From: a virus
Lineage: Duplodnaviria > Caudoviricetes
Virus record (IMG/VR): IMGVR_UViG_3300017909_002599
Location: 1 to 24,707 of that record
Strand: one strand, 5' to 3'
DNA length: 24,707 nucleotides
Part shown: in pieces, positions 8,701 through 17,126 of the stretch
Layout: each line of letters starts with the position of its first letter
Numbering within the stretch: position 1 is the first letter of the stretch
Notes under the pieces: generated by a model
Databases searched by the model: none
Told to the model about the DNA's origin: nothing
Seen by the model: only the letters and a program-made list of their open reading frames with translations
Made by a program: the position numbers and the translations under genes

Positions 8701-10015
8701 CACCTGTATGTGTTGTAGCACTTGTTGTTAAAGTAGCACTACCTAATTCTGAATGTAATTGTGATAAAGCACCAGTAATTGTATCATTACCTGATGCAAT
8801 ATTAGTAATATCAACATTACCTATTTGTGTTTCATGTTCTGCAATAGCGCCGCTTACAGTTGAAGCAGTAGTTCCCATTGCATCTGAACTAATAGTGCCT
8901 AGCTCTGCATCTAATTCATTGACTGCTGAAGTAAGTGTTGTTCCTGTTGTTGTAAGAGAACTATTACCTTGTAATGCATCTAATTCGTTAATTGCATCTG
9001 TTAAATCAGTAGCAGTTGTTGTAAGTGACATGTCACCAATATCAACTTCATGTTCATTAATTGCACCAACTAAATCATTTGAAGTTGTATTTAGTGTATA
9101 ATTACTACCACTTCCTCTTATTGCTGTTTCTAATTCATTTACAGCACCAACAACATTTGATGTTGCGTCAGTACCTAATGAAGTATGAGCACCTAATTCA
9201 GTTCTTAATTCTTCAACAGCATCTTGAAATCCAGTAGATGATAATCCACTAAATGATACATTTCCTGTTCCAAATAAATCTGTTTCATGTTCATTAACAG
9301 CAAGAGTTAAAGAATTTGCGCCTGTTGATAAATTTTCTACTATACCAACATCGTCTTGTAATTCATTAACAGCATCTACTAAACTTGTTGAATCAATAAC
9401 AATTACTTCACCACCTGAAGCTGCAGTTATCATTTCAATTAATATACCGTGACCAGCATCGACATCTGTTTTTGAAGATATATTACTAGCAACAACTCTT
9501 TTATTTGTATCTGTATGTGGAATACCTAAGTTTTGACCTGTGTTAAAAGTACCAGTAAATGATTTAAATCTTAGTTGTGTATTACTTGCTGATAAAAGAG
9601 TACCTGAAAATCCACCTGATTGAGTCAATACTGCATTTTCTACAAACTCTGCTGGTATTGTAGGTGTACCTGTTAGTGTGACCTTTAAAGTATAATTAGG
9701 AACTTTAAAATCACCAGCATCTAAACCTTGTGTTAAAGTTGTTCCATCAAGTGTTACTCTTACTGCTCCAACTCTATATGATTCAGCAACTCCAGTTGTT
9801 TTATCAATAGTTTGGTCTGGTAATATTTCAAATCTTCCACTGAGCTCAAAGAATTTTTGACTTGCAGTAGCAGTAAATGATTCTTTCTTATCTCCAATAT
9901 TAGTGTGTATGAGATTATCATCACCAACATTTCTTATTGAAAGCTCATTACTCTTTTGTCTAAATTCTTCTAGAGTATTTGATTTTAATATTCTTACTTC
10001 GTCTCTTATTGCCAT
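5780..10015 (-). CDS. Tail fibre/whisker protein with fibritin-like segmented coiled coil and C-terminal peptidase S74 intramolecular chaperone (1411 aa)
   Basis: N-terminal anchor-like ILKSNTLEEFRQKSNEL, 11 A(V/I)NE(L/H)xxxxG coiled-coil segments and beta-rich shaft repeats. The C-terminal FSDEKLKDNI...GVIAQELEKIAPELV...VAYGNTVGYLIEAIKLLKAEIEELK is the classic S74 autocleaving chaperone signature. Confidence 0.85.
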   Translation of the reverse strand: MAIRDEVRILKSNTLEEFRQKSNELSIRNVGDDNLIHTNIGDKKESFTATASQKFFELSGRFEILPDQTIDKTTGVAESYRVGAVRVTLDGTTLTQGLDAGDFKVPNYTLKVTLTGTPTIPAEFVENAVLTQSGGFSGTLLSASNTQLRFKSFTGTFNTGQNLGIPHTDTNKRVVASNISSKTDVDAGHGILIEMITAASGGEVIVIDSTSLVDAVNELQDDVGIVENLSTGANSLTLAVNEHETDLFGTGNVSFSGLSSTGFQDAVEELRTELGAHTSLGTDATSNVVGAVNELETAIRGSGSNYTLNTTSNDLVGAINEHEVDIGDMSLTTTATDLTDAINELDALQGNSSLTTTGTTLTSAVNELDAELGTISSDAMGTTASTVSGAIAEHETQIGNVDITNIASGNDTITGALSQLHSELGSATLTTSATTHTGAINEHESDIGNMTLTGLSATDLSAGLRELASEKLDITNSSAGGQSLSGNINYTAASGNGTFDFGPGTTLDISDGTLLVSAAGGVANFGSAFLNLDGEVSAMGLQVDRDYITPSGSMTNHDVKVQWNESLVSTKPDRAWQVVGMTTSGATNTADIVTFYNAQDLIANNTESGIAVAWDSTNQNFDFNVNDFTITLAGDLTGNVTITDLASATLTATVAANSVALGTDTTGNYVSTIAGTTNEIEVSGSGSETATVTIGLPNDVTIGNNLVVTDYTRTAGLRVGTTGTDPGDGNLAVANNLTVANDVTITGDLTVNGTQTTLNTSTLEVEDTLVLAGNNLSSEPSSGGFGLEVGPITNPSGVASGVTGAHSIVYNYATDRWEADGSLILSSATLGSPDVSVNNASPLGDLDADKTLDINAGSGITVAGALNTNEFDITITNSDRGSSQNIFKNFTADSGGTATANSNNDTIDIAGGTAISTVRSGDTITANLDNTSVTAGSYGSGSAIPTFTVDAQGRLTAAGSVSVDTYSGWNLTVAGTDRGNIAENENVSFVGGTAIDAAYSATNNVITFNHADTSSVSNINASGTTFVQDLTFDTHGHVTAASTGSFSLGNGTLTMNTSGGGISGSQTFTANATGNSTFTVALNSSTAASNNTIVQRNSSGYIYANYFNTTPNDVSSGITKVCVETGDDGFIRHGTAGAIRSFINVADGATNTTNPNNATITIAAGTSLSGGGDFTTDQSSNETITINHADTSSQASVNNTGRTYIQDITLDTHGHITGITSATETVVNTDTNTVTQIREDSGAYRTGNITLQSGTNVTITEPSTGVFNISSTDTNTDTNTVTTNIAGNGISVSSGTGNSTIAMTGSFNGTFTASADIVAFSDEKLKDNIQTLDGSKVFDMRGASFNRNDQDGKQSSGVIAQELEKIAPELVHENEDGTKGVAYGNTVGYLIEAIKLLKAEIEELKDINKKV
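5791..5798 (-). promoter_or_regulatory. T4-type late promoter TATAAATA (adaptor/fibre operon)
   Basis: Exact consensus in the last codons of the 1411-aa gene, 20 nt upstream of the ATG at 5771 and followed by an SD. Confidence 0.7.
8610..9390 (-). repeat. Eleven 24-30 aa fibritin-like coiled-coil repeats
   Basis: SLVDAVNELQDDVG, SLTLAVNEHETDLFG, GFQDAVEELRTELG, NVVGAVNELETAIRG, DLVGAINEHEVDIG, DLTDAINELDALQG, TLTSAVNELDAELG, TVSGAIAEHETQIG, TITGALSQLHSELG, THTGAINEHESDIG, DLSAGLRELASEK. Confidence 0.85.
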
Positions 10016-10218
10016 TATTTACTACCTAATTTCTTAATAATTTTTTTAAGTTCTTCGATATCAGCTTTCATCTGTTCGATTTCATTATCCTTTTGTAATA
10101 ATGCTTCCTTCTGGTCTCTCCTATTAGCAAAAGCTGTACTATTAGTATTTATAACTGCATTTGTAATAGTATCTTTTTCGTATCCTGGTAATTCTTGTAC
10201 TTTTTTCTTTCTTGGCAT
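10015..10218 (-). CDS. Small conserved coiled-coil protein following DUF4815/VrlC-like genes (67 aa)
   Basis: KVxxxxxxxKDxxTNAVINTN motif plus a C-terminal heptad stretch (EIEQMKADIEELKKIIKKL). SD AGGA is present, and there is a TAATG overlap with the next gene. Confidence 0.75.
   Translation of the reverse strand: MPRKKKVQELPGYEKDTITNAVINTNSTAFANRRDQKEALLQKDNEIEQMKADIEELKKIIKKLGSK
10146..10153 (-). promoter_or_regulatory. Possible T4-type late promoter TATAAATA for the 1411-aa fibre
   Basis: Exact consensus inside the 67-aa gene, about 130 nt upstream of the ATG at 10015. It could be a by-product of the V-I-N-T codons. Confidence 0.5.
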
Positions 10219-10226
10219 AATCTATC

Positions 10227-13200
10227 CTAAGTTGCGCAAATTGCTCTAAAGTCTTTTATTTTTGGTACATTAGATGTAGATGTTGACCTCATAACTATCT
10301 TAAACTGTATAGTACCAAAGCTACCAATATTTGCAGCTGTTAATACTGATTCTGTTAAATCATATCTTACTTCACTAAAGCTACTTTCATTAACTGGAAT
10401 AGCTTCAGCTGGAGAAGCAAGAGTAAATGCGACATCATTAATATCAGCTGATGAACCACCTTCAAGCGTTCTAAAATATAAATCTACATTTGAAGCACCT
10501 GGTCTATTAATGTTCATAAATATAGTAGCTGAATCTGCTTCTTCATTTAATTCTATTTTCTTTGTAATATATCTTGAAATTTCAGCACCGCCTGTTGCAG
10601 TAGTTTCTGAACCACCATTTGAACTTACAAGGTTTTGAATAGTATGTACTGATGCTCTGTTTAAATCAATTACTGGTGATAAAGCTTCATCAGTTGTACT
10701 TAACACACATCTTAATTTATATGATTTAGCACTTGACATACTATTAGTTTCATTTACTTGAGAAGCAATAACTCTTGGAGCTTCAAAAGTAAAGTTTTTA
10801 TTTGGTAAGATTTCAATTTCTGATTTAGCACTATAAGCTGTTTCACTACCATTTATACTCTTATTAGTATAAGATGTAAGATGGAATCTAGCTGATGTAC
10901 CAGGTACTTGTATGTTTTGAATAACTGGGTACATAACATCCATGTGTCTATTTTCTGTTGCTGTGACAGAAGCTCCACCACCTGCACCAGTTGCACTAGC
11001 ATTTGCTGACCCTGTTGCTGTTATTTGATAACTATCATGTGTTATACTTGATATTGTATATGTACCATTGATATCATCGGCTGCTATACCATTAGTTGCA
11101 GCTGCTCCAGCAATCGTTACTCTTGAGCCTGACCCATACATACCATGATTTTTATGAGTCACTGTAATTACTTTACTTCCACTTGTTGTTGATAAAGGAT
11201 TACCCTGTAATCTTTTTGGTGGAACTGCATCATTAACTAAAGTTAAAGTTTTAGCTGATGTACTAAATGAACATCTATTTAATTTAAATTTTAAATCCTT
11301 AGATTGTTCTGGAGTCCATGTTGATGCGTTTTGTGAACTAAAGAATACACCATTATATGGTTGCTTTGTAATTCTCTCAGCTGTATTTGTTAAATCGAAT
11401 CCACCCATTTCAGCTACATATACTTCATAGTTATCACATTGTGATGTAATGACTATAGCATATTCAGTATCTTGAGATAAGAATACTGGATAATCAAAAG
11501 CAAAATTAGTTGCTGTTGCTGCATTTGTAGATACATTAACTGATGATGGATACAAGATTTTATCTGCTCCTGGTACAATCCTTTGTGTTGGTGTACCATT
11601 TTGAGTTGTTCTTATTGTGACTCTTACTGGAACATTAGCATCTTTCTTTTTAAAATATAAATCAACTGATTTAGCAAATATACCACCTTGTTTATCAATA
11701 AGTATAGTTTCTGCTAATGGGTCAACCCATTCAGTTGTTTCACTTACTTGAGTATCAACAATTGTTCTATCCTCATTTAATTCTGATTGAACTAGTCTTG
11801 GAACTTTTGTAGATACTATTCTACTTTCTACGGATTCTATTAATCCTTGAGCATGATATTGAGCTTCGGCATAGGTAGTTTCATTATCTTTATTGTTCGT
11901 TGAACTGTCTGTAAGTCTAAATTCTCTTACACCAGTTTGGAATCTAAGCGCGGCATTTCTTGGTATGATAAACGAACCTTCAACTATGCCCGAAGCATCA
12001 GTAATTAAATTACCACTTGGTATTTCTGAACTTGAACCGTCTAATCCTTCAAATGTAATTACATTAGTTGAATCAGAAAATTCTGAATATGCTTCTTCTT
12101 GAACATAATCAGCTACTGGAACTCCATCAAAGAATGCATAAACTCTTGTTGATGGTTTTAATAGCTGAGCTTTAAATTTAATTTTTCTTGACCTAATGAA
12201 TGGTACAAAGTTAACTTCAACAACTCTTGTTCCATCAGTTCTTTGAACTGTATCAAAAGCTAAATCTGTTCTTAAACCAGCTCTTGATTGGTTTTGAGTA
12301 GTTGTAGTAGTTGTTATAGTTGTAATATTTCCTCTTCCTTGTCTTTGGCCAAGACCTCCTCTAAAGAAGAACTCATCATCAAATATTCCAAATGGTGTAT
12401 TAAATGTTTGTTGACTATCAACCTCCACACCAGTCCAGTTAGTTTCCCACTCATTCCATACAGTACCTAATATACCAGCTTCTTCTGCCATTTGAGCAAA
12501 TTGGTCGTATGAAGCAGAATCATCTATAATAACATTAGGTCTTACATCTGTTTCTTTCCATTCATCTGAATCAGGAGATAGGTCCATCATACCAGCCCAA
12601 CTAAATACATTGTATGGATTTACATTTGATGCAAATGATGAATATGGTTGGTCAATATAATTTGTTTCTGTATATGGCAATGTGACTAATGAACCACTTT
12701 TTTGAGCAAATGCATTTGTACCATTACCATTAGCTTCTGTTGAAAGTCTTACTAAATTAACATTTCTTTCATCAAACTTAGGTCTTAATATACCAGCTCT
12801 TTTATCAATAGCTGCCGTATAATCTGGATTTGATGGGTCACCAACATTATGGCCTCTAAATCCATCTACTATAAATCCATTTTTTAATCTTGAAAATCCA
12901 CTACTATCAAAAAGCTCTACGTCAGCAGCACTTTGTTCTAATAATGATAGTGATGTATAATATTCTAAGTTTTTAATCCTTTTATCTAAAGCACTGATGT
13001 CTTTCATTGTATATCTTCTATTATCAATGATTTGTGGAATAACATCATCTAAATCGTATACAAACGGATTTAGTCTTAGGTTATATATTGCCATTGAATC
13101 TTCTGGTGTTTCAGGAGCTTTAGGAGTTTCTGAAGGTACACCAGTTTCTACTTTAAATTCGCCTTTACGTGTAATATAAACTTTATCGATTCTTGGCATG

Positions 13201-15491
13201 TAATGCTCGACTTGAGCAATTGCTGCATGATTTGGTTTAGGTGGCTGAGGATTACTTGCATTTGTACCAGTAAAATTATCAGCTCCAGCATCAGCTTTAG
13301 TTGGTCTAAAATCTAAACAATCTAATAAATTAACTTCGCCCTTATTACTATTAAATAATACTTTAACTTTTCTATCAGCTTCAGGATAAGAATCAACAGA
13401 GAAATAATCTCCTGTTGTATGTGTATAATGGTCAAACGTTACTGTTATATTTCCATTTGGTGTTGGGAATCCTGGCTTAAGACTTACTTTACCATTTTGA
13501 TAAAAGTTATCTCTTTGTCCATTATCTAATGTAAATCTATCTGTTATATTTACTGATTGAGCATCAGTAATAGATACTATTCTTATAATATCTGATTTAC
13601 CTAAACTTAATACACCACTTGAAAGAGCTCCAGTTGCAGTAGCGCTATTGACTCTTGTTTTTTGTTTTTGTAATATGTTCTTTTGAACATCGGCCATTAC
13701 TTTAAGTCTACCTGAACCTGGCGTTGCTCCACTTACATCACTAAATGTTAATGATGTTGAACCATCAGAACCACTTGATATTGTAGGTGTTGTATCAATT
13801 ACACCAGTACCAAGTGAAGCTACTATACTAGATGTGTTTACAAATGTACCATCTGATATACTTATTGTATTTGAATTTAAATCGAATAATTGTTTAACTA
13901 TATAAACTGTATCAGTACTTGTTGTACCAGTTTTTAAAGTTTTAACAGCACTTTGTGGTAATTGGAATACTAATCCATTATTACCTACATCAAATAAATT
14001 ACCAGCACTTGCTAAATCACCAATAAAGTTTTGCGTTGTTCCTGATTGATTTACTGAACGAACTGAGCTAAATACATTATTTCCAGACATATTGATATCA
14101 AATAAATATAATCTTAATTCTGAATTTACAAATTCTAAAGCTCTTGCTCTTGCAGTACCTATAACACTACCACCTTGACCGGTTGCGCTATGTAAATCTA
14201 AAGTTGCAAATGTATTAACATCTGGCATACCTTTAACTGTTGATGCAGTTAATTTAACATAGTTTCCTACTAGTACACTTGTTGTTGAAACATTAACTGT
14301 ATTTGTAGAACTTGCTCCTCTTGGCTTTTCTACTACTAAATTTTTAGTTGTATTATTTTGAACTCTAAATCCTTTTACATAAGCAACTGATGGGTCAACA
14401 CCTAGGACAAACCTATCTTCACCAAACGTTGTAGCAGCACTTGTAGTAGCTGCATCTCCATCAGCTATAATTTCAGCAGTTGTTTTAAATCCAAAATTAC
14501 TTCCTGTATTTAAATATTCTCTTGTATTAGTTGCAAAAGGTTCTACAACATAATCGCCAGATTCTTCAAACGTTCTTCTTGCTAATCTTTCACTTAATTC
14601 TGTTTCGTTATTTTTATCTGTTTTATCAACAGCAGCTTTACCATCTTCAATAACAACTAAAGTAATATAACTATTTTCTGTTCTTGATGCTAATGATAAT
14701 GGTTCTTTTATAAGTTCAGTACTTATTTTATATCTGTTAGCTCCTGGAGCTGCAGTATTTGGAACACCTTGTGCATTATCTAATAATGTAGTATCTGTAC
14801 CAGAATCAACTATAGATTCTGTGACTTTTAAACCTACAATATAATTAGGCGTATTTGTATATTTGTCTAATATTAAAGAACCAGCAGGTACATAAGCAAA
14901 TGTACCAGATATAAAGTATACACCTTCTTCAATATTAATAGCTGAACCCTGACCAGTAGGAGTACTAATACTTGAACCAGTACCTCCACCTACTTTTGCA
15001 TATCTTACTGTACTTGCATCTGAGCTTAGTTCTTCTCCAGCTGCAAATACTGATGTCGTATTATTTGTACCTGAGTTTGTATATTTTACATAAAGAGTTG
15101 CAGGGTTTGAAGCATCTCCTTTTGCGACAACTTGTTGAACAGTAGCTGTGACTCCATTTGTAGCACCTGTAATAGTAGTACCTACAAATTCGTCTAAATA
15201 ATTATCTGCATTTAAAGCACCTGCAGTTGAATGAGTAAATGAAGATTCAATTTTAACAAAATCGTATTCTACATTTAATGTGACTTTACCATTTACAACT
15301 CTTGAACCATCTTTAAAAGCAAATTGACCATATCTATCAATTTGAGCTTGTAATGCAGTTTGTAATTGAGTTAATTCTCTTGCTTGGACTGCATGTCCTG
15401 GTCTAAAAAGTACACGATGATAATTTTTTGTTTCATCAAAATCGTCGTAATACGGTGCTATTGTGTAATTTTTTACTACTGTTGTTGCCAT
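10227..15491 (-). CDS. Large baseplate-associated structural protein, DUF4815 / 'VrlC-like' (1754 aa)
   Basis: PYYDDFDETKNYHRVLFRPGHAVQARELTQLQ N-terminus, LARRTFEESGDYVV, LDNGQRDNFY, RRYTMKDISALDKRIKNLEYYTSLSLLE, RLKNGFIVDGF, WVDPLAET, SQNASTWTPEQSKDLKF and PKIKDFRAI end. It occupies the canonical position after gp8 in T4-like cyano/pelagi-type myoviruses. Confidence 0.88.
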   Translation of the reverse strand: MATTVVKNYTIAPYYDDFDETKNYHRVLFRPGHAVQARELTQLQTALQAQIDRYGQFAFKDGSRVVNGKVTLNVEYDFVKIESSFTHSTAGALNADNYLDEFVGTTITGATNGVTATVQQVVAKGDASNPATLYVKYTNSGTNNTTSVFAAGEELSSDASTVRYAKVGGGTGSSISTPTGQGSAINIEEGVYFISGTFAYVPAGSLILDKYTNTPNYIVGLKVTESIVDSGTDTTLLDNAQGVPNTAAPGANRYKISTELIKEPLSLASRTENSYITLVVIEDGKAAVDKTDKNNETELSERLARRTFEESGDYVVEPFATNTREYLNTGSNFGFKTTAEIIADGDAATTSAATTFGEDRFVLGVDPSVAYVKGFRVQNNTTKNLVVEKPRGASSTNTVNVSTTSVLVGNYVKLTASTVKGMPDVNTFATLDLHSATGQGGSVIGTARARALEFVNSELRLYLFDINMSGNNVFSSVRSVNQSGTTQNFIGDLASAGNLFDVGNNGLVFQLPQSAVKTLKTGTTSTDTVYIVKQLFDLNSNTISISDGTFVNTSSIVASLGTGVIDTTPTISSGSDGSTSLTFSDVSGATPGSGRLKVMADVQKNILQKQKTRVNSATATGALSSGVLSLGKSDIIRIVSITDAQSVNITDRFTLDNGQRDNFYQNGKVSLKPGFPTPNGNITVTFDHYTHTTGDYFSVDSYPEADRKVKVLFNSNKGEVNLLDCLDFRPTKADAGADNFTGTNASNPQPPKPNHAAIAQVEHYMPRIDKVYITRKGEFKVETGVPSETPKAPETPEDSMAIYNLRLNPFVYDLDDVIPQIIDNRRYTMKDISALDKRIKNLEYYTSLSLLEQSAADVELFDSSGFSRLKNGFIVDGFRGHNVGDPSNPDYTAAIDKRAGILRPKFDERNVNLVRLSTEANGNGTNAFAQKSGSLVTLPYTETNYIDQPYSSFASNVNPYNVFSWAGMMDLSPDSDEWKETDVRPNVIIDDSASYDQFAQMAEEAGILGTVWNEWETNWTGVEVDSQQTFNTPFGIFDDEFFFRGGLGQRQGRGNITTITTTTTTQNQSRAGLRTDLAFDTVQRTDGTRVVEVNFVPFIRSRKIKFKAQLLKPSTRVYAFFDGVPVADYVQEEAYSEFSDSTNVITFEGLDGSSSEIPSGNLITDASGIVEGSFIIPRNAALRFQTGVREFRLTDSSTNNKDNETTYAEAQYHAQGLIESVESRIVSTKVPRLVQSELNEDRTIVDTQVSETTEWVDPLAETILIDKQGGIFAKSVDLYFKKKDANVPVRVTIRTTQNGTPTQRIVPGADKILYPSSVNVSTNAATATNFAFDYPVFLSQDTEYAIVITSQCDNYEVYVAEMGGFDLTNTAERITKQPYNGVFFSSQNASTWTPEQSKDLKFKLNRCSFSTSAKTLTLVNDAVPPKRLQGNPLSTTSGSKVITVTHKNHGMYGSGSRVTIAGAAATNGIAADDINGTYTISSITHDSYQITATGSANASATGAGGGASVTATENRHMDVMYPVIQNIQVPGTSARFHLTSYTNKSINGSETAYSAKSEIEILPNKNFTFEAPRVIASQVNETNSMSSAKSYKLRCVLSTTDEALSPVIDLNRASVHTIQNLVSSNGGSETTATGGAEISRYITKKIELNEEADSATIFMNINRPGASNVDLYFRTLEGGSSADINDVAFTLASPAEAIPVNESSFSEVRYDLTESVLTAANIGSFGTIQFKIVMRSTSTSNVPKIKDFRAICAT

Positions 15492-15516
15492 AAATCTCTC
15501 TTCCTAATAATATATA

Positions 15517-17112
15517 TTAGAATTCTATAATAACTTTTATATCTTCAATCTGTGTTGTTGTTCTATTAATTGGATTCCTATTTTCTAAGAATAGTATTTC
15601 TCCACTTGAACGGTCTACTTCAGGAGCACCAACTGCATTAGAGGATTCTAATGTTCCAGTAGTATTAGAAGTTTGACCCGTAATTACTTCTCCATTTGAG
15701 AATGCGCTATAACCAGTTTTAGAATTCTGATGGTATCTTAAATATCCATTTGAAGCATCAATCTCAACTAAATAAGCTTGAGCTCCTGATGTTCCGCCTA
15801 CAAGTAATTCATCAACTGTATAATTTGATACGTTTGCAGATGAATTAAAGTCTAAATATTTAGTTCCTTTTAAAGTATCAGCTGTTGCAATATTACCTGC
15901 TAATGGAGTTGAATTATAATCTCTTGGCTCATTAATTAAAGTAATTTGTCTAAAGTCATTACCTACTGTTAAATCTCCGCCATCATTACCATCTAATTTA
16001 GTATTTAAAGATATAAAGAATCCACCTAATTCAGAAACTGGGTCAACACCGTGACCAGCTTTAGGAGCAAGTACTACTTTTGCTGTTGCATCTGAACCAG
16101 CAGCTCCTGTAATTTCAATATCAGCAAATGTATAATTAGTACCTTTGTTATTTACTGTAACGCTTGAAAGTGTTTGCGATGAACCTGAACCAGCCATAAC
16201 TGCTGTTGCTGTTGCTCCACTTCCGTCACCAGTAATCGTAACTGTTGGAGCACCATTATAAGATGTTCCTGCAGCTGTGACTTCAATTCTTTCTATACCA
16301 GCAGCTGTTGCTGATTCTCTTGAAGCTTTTTGGTTTAGATATTGAGCATAATCTGCTTCAGATAAAACTTCTTCTGCATCTGAGTCGCTAGCATAAGCAA
16401 ATGTAAGTATACCTGATACTGACCCACTTGGTGCTGCATCTAATGTTAATACTGAGCCATTAATTGCTGAAACTTTTTTTCCAGAACCTACATTAGTTCC
16501 TGATACTGTCATACCTACACCAATTCCTGCAACTGTTTCTGTTAATGTAATTGTTGCTGTACTAGAAGCTACTGCTACTGTTGCACTTGCTCCTAATGAA
16601 ACAGTTTTAACAGGCATATAACTATTTGTTAAGAATTTTTCAGCATCTGCAACAGATATTGTATACATATATTTCCATGTATATCCGTCTGATTCTGCTG
16701 TTGGGTCAGTTAATGTTTGAGTTGGTTGAATACTTGAAGCACCACCACCTGCTTTGATACATTTGTAAACCTTAAACTCTGATGTTACGATATAAAATGC
16801 TTTATCAAAAATATCTGGGTCATCTGAATCCCATGCATAATATGAGTTTCCTGATGTCCAAGTATGTCTTGGTATTACGTGAGCTATATCAGCTGATGCT
16901 ATTTTTTTCAAGCCTATTAAATTAGCTCTTGCTTCTCCTAAATCATCCAACCTATCATTAGGTGTAAAAGGAGTAGTGTCTGTAGTATCGGAAGTAGTCA
17001 AAGACCAAACGTCTGATTTTCCTATACCAACGTATACACTAGAACCTGATATTTGCTCTTTAAAGTGTTTAGCATTTAAAGTTCTAAAATTTGATGTTAT
17101 AATTGCTGCCAT
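15517..17112 (-). CDS. gp8: Baseplate wedge subunit gp8 (531 aa)
   Basis: MAAIITSNFRTLNA, IPRHTWTSGNSY, FYIVTSEFKVYKCI, DGYTWKYMYTI, FLTNSYMPV, GHGVDPVSELGG, DFRQITLI, SGEILFLENRNPINR...QIEDIKVIIEF. Confidence 0.92.
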   Translation of the reverse strand: MAAIITSNFRTLNAKHFKEQISGSSVYVGIGKSDVWSLTTSDTTDTTPFTPNDRLDDLGEARANLIGLKKIASADIAHVIPRHTWTSGNSYYAWDSDDPDIFDKAFYIVTSEFKVYKCIKAGGGASSIQPTQTLTDPTAESDGYTWKYMYTISVADAEKFLTNSYMPVKTVSLGASATVAVASSTATITLTETVAGIGVGMTVSGTNVGSGKKVSAINGSVLTLDAAPSGSVSGILTFAYASDSDAEEVLSEADYAQYLNQKASRESATAAGIERIEVTAAGTSYNGAPTVTITGDGSGATATAVMAGSGSSQTLSSVTVNNKGTNYTFADIEITGAAGSDATAKVVLAPKAGHGVDPVSELGGFFISLNTKLDGNDGGDLTVGNDFRQITLINEPRDYNSTPLAGNIATADTLKGTKYLDFNSSANVSNYTVDELLVGGTSGAQAYLVEIDASNGYLRYHQNSKTGYSAFSNGEVITGQTSNTTGTLESSNAVGAPEVDRSSGEILFLENRNPINRTTTQIEDIKVIIEF

Positions 17113-17126
17113 TCTTCTGTCCTAAA

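Noticed and set aside
9025-9036. GTGACATGTCAC palindrome resembling a MatP matS site
   Set aside because: It is 12 bp rather than the 13-bp GTGACRNYGTCAC, occurs once inside a CDS, and is expected given the GTSAC excess.
10227-15491. 'VrlC' as a virulence factor
   Set aside because: The name derives from a phage-like locus in Dichelobacter. The context here indicates a virion structural protein.
15508-15519. TAATATATATTA palindrome upstream of the DUF4815 gene
   Set aside because: It shares the TATATA centre with the 3642-3682 hairpins but is purely A/T and overlaps the gp8 stop, so it is too likely by chance to call.
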